A DNA stretch of 64,000 nucleotides. Origin: Squalus acanthias. Lineage: Eukaryota. The notes under the pieces are model-generated. The model had not been told where the DNA came from and searched no databases. It was given only the letters and a program-made list of their open reading frames with translations. Positions 62,040 to 64,000 of this stretch are shown here, piece by piece; the stretch's first letter is position 1, and every line of letters begins with the position of its first letter. The stretch is taken from contig CM059425.1 in NCBI GenBank assembly GCA_030390025.1, forward strand, positions 172,982,001 to 173,046,000, given 5' to 3'. A program made the position numbers and the translations under genes.

Positions 62040-64000
62040 TATGGCAGGGGGCTAGAAACCTATGTAGTGAAATAGAGGAAAGTGAAAGGCAGACAGAAAT
62101 AAATGGTAAAAGAGTGAGGAACAAAAAACAAAGGGCCAAACTAATTCATAAAAAATGTGAGCATAAAAAAAGCCTGAGGGTTTTATACCTTAATGCGAGA
62201 AGCATCAGGAACAAGGTAGATGAATTAGCTGTGGAAATAGAGGTTAATAATTATGATCTAATTGGGATTACGGAAACATGGTTGCAGGGTGAGCAGGGCT
62301 GGGAGCTTAACATACAGGGGTATTCAGTATTTAGGAAGGATCGACAAAAAAGAAAGGGAGGAGGGGTAGCATTGCTGGTAAAAGAAGGGATAAATGCAAT
62401 TGAAAGGAAGGATATTAACTCAGTTAATACAGAATCTATATGGGTGGAGCTAAGAAATAGCGAGGGGCGAAAAACATTAATAGGAGTGGTATATAGGCCT
62501 CCAAATAGTAAAATAGAGGTTGGGGAGGGCATCACGAGGGAAATTAGAGAAGCGTGCAATAAGAGCACAGCTGTCATCATAGGTGACTTTAACTTACATA
62601 TAGATTGGAATAGCCTAATCAGTAAAAATAATGAGGAGGAGGAATTCCTTGAGTGTTTAAGAGATGGTTATCTGGATCAATATGTCGAGGAACCAACTCG
62701 GGAACAGGCTATATTGGACTGGGTACTGTGCAATGAGAAGGGACTAATTAGTAATCTTGTTGTACGGGGACCCTTGGGTCAGAGCGATCATAACATGATC
62801 GATTTCTCACTCGAAATGGAGAGCGAAGAAATTGACTCCGATACTAAGGTCCTGAATTTAAACAAGGGGAATTATGATGCCATTAGACGGGAACTGAGTA
62901 GGTCTGATTGGACAACGTTCCTGGGAGGATTGGAGGTAGATAAACAATGGCAAGCATTTAAAGATAGAATGACAAAATTGCAAAAATTGTTTATACCAAT
63001 CTGGCATAAAAGGAAATCTAAAAAGGTGACTCAACCGTGGATAACAGGGGAAATTAGAGACAGCATAAAATCCAAAGATAGGGCGTATAAAATAGCCAAA
63101 AAAAGCGCCAGAGCGGAAGATTGGGAACAGTTTAAGATAGAGCAAAGGAGGACAAAGGGCTTAATCAAGAGGGGCAAAATAGCTTACGAAAGCAAGCTGG
63201 CGGAAAATATAAAAACTAACTCCAAAAGCTTTTATAAGTATATCAAGAGGAAAAGACTGGTGAAAACCAAAGTTGGCCCATTGCAGTCAGATACGGGGGA
63301 ATATATAACGGGAAATAAGGAAATGGCAAACCAACTAAATGCATACTTTGGGTCAGTCTTTACGAAGGAAGACACAAAAAACCTCCCTGGGATATCGGGA
63401 AAAATAGGGACATTTGCAAAGGAGGAACTGACGCAAGTCAATATCTCTAAGGATATGGTGTTAAGGAAGCTAAAGGGATTGAAAGCGGACAAATCCCCAG
63501 GGCCTGATAACATGCATCCTAGGGTGCTGAAGGAGGTGGCCCTAGAGATAGCGGATGCACTAAGTATGATTTTTCAGAATTCATTGGACTCGGGAACAGT
63601 GCCCATGGATTGGAGGGTAGCTAACGTTACCCCACTATTCAAAAAGGGGGGTAGGGAAAAAGCAGGTAATTACAGACCTGTAAGCCTTACATCAGTTGTG
63701 GGCAAAATGCTGGAGTCCATCATTAAGGATGAAATAGCGGAGCACTTAGCAAATGGGGACAGGATAGGACAGAGTCAACATGGATTTACAAAGGGTAAAT
63801 CGTGCTTGACTAATCTATTGGAATTTTTTGAGGGAGTAACTGGTAAAATAGATGGGGGAGAGCCAGTAGATGTGGTGTACCTGGACTTCCAAAAGGCCTT
63901 CGATAAGGTCCCACATAAAAGATTAGCAGGGAAAATTGAAGCTCATGGGATAAAGGGGAAAGTATTGACGTGGATAGAGAACTGGCTGTCAGATAGAAAA
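62030..64000 (+). CDS. CR1 ORF2 (APE endonuclease plus RT), open to the window end, in the -1 frame relative to ORF1
   Basis: Manual translation shows no stop: FKLVWQG...YLNARSIRNK...ITETW...YRPP...GDFN...SDHN...YLDFQKAFDKVPH. Confidence 0.92.

Overview
Eukaryotic, repeat-rich genomic DNA. The repeat families (CR1 with (TTTCTATG)n tails, CR1-Zenon-like, L2, RTE and Penelope retroelements, Deu-type SINE, PIF/Harbinger and hAT DNA transposons) point to a cartilaginous fish, probably a shark (inference). The only host gene I can support is TMEM232 on the minus strand: five phase-consistent GT-AG exons (61283-61499, 55384-55562, 21256-21503, 16771-16864, 10676-10837) encode its C-terminal half, including a 33.9-kb intron. 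The rest is mostly nested transposons, many resolvable by target-site duplications (TSDs). Three observations stand out. (1) Once a Penelope insertion is removed, a CR1-Zenon-like LINE has a tRNA-derived Pol III-type head and SINE-like body fused to a single EN-RT ORF with no ORF1. Its sense strand is almost free of TTTT, and internally deleted derivatives down to a head-tail SINE occur in the same window. (2) A U_UUA_AAC slippery heptamer sits in frame at the ORF1/ORF2 junction of two CR1 copies, and ORF2 of the intact copy has no Met before the end of its endonuclease domain, suggesting -1 ribosomal frameshifting. (3) Minimal type I hammerhead ribozymes occur in Penelope remnants, including an 88-bp TSD-flanked insertion. 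Repeat boundaries are by eye and approximate unless a TSD is quoted; family names are from recall, not from database searches.
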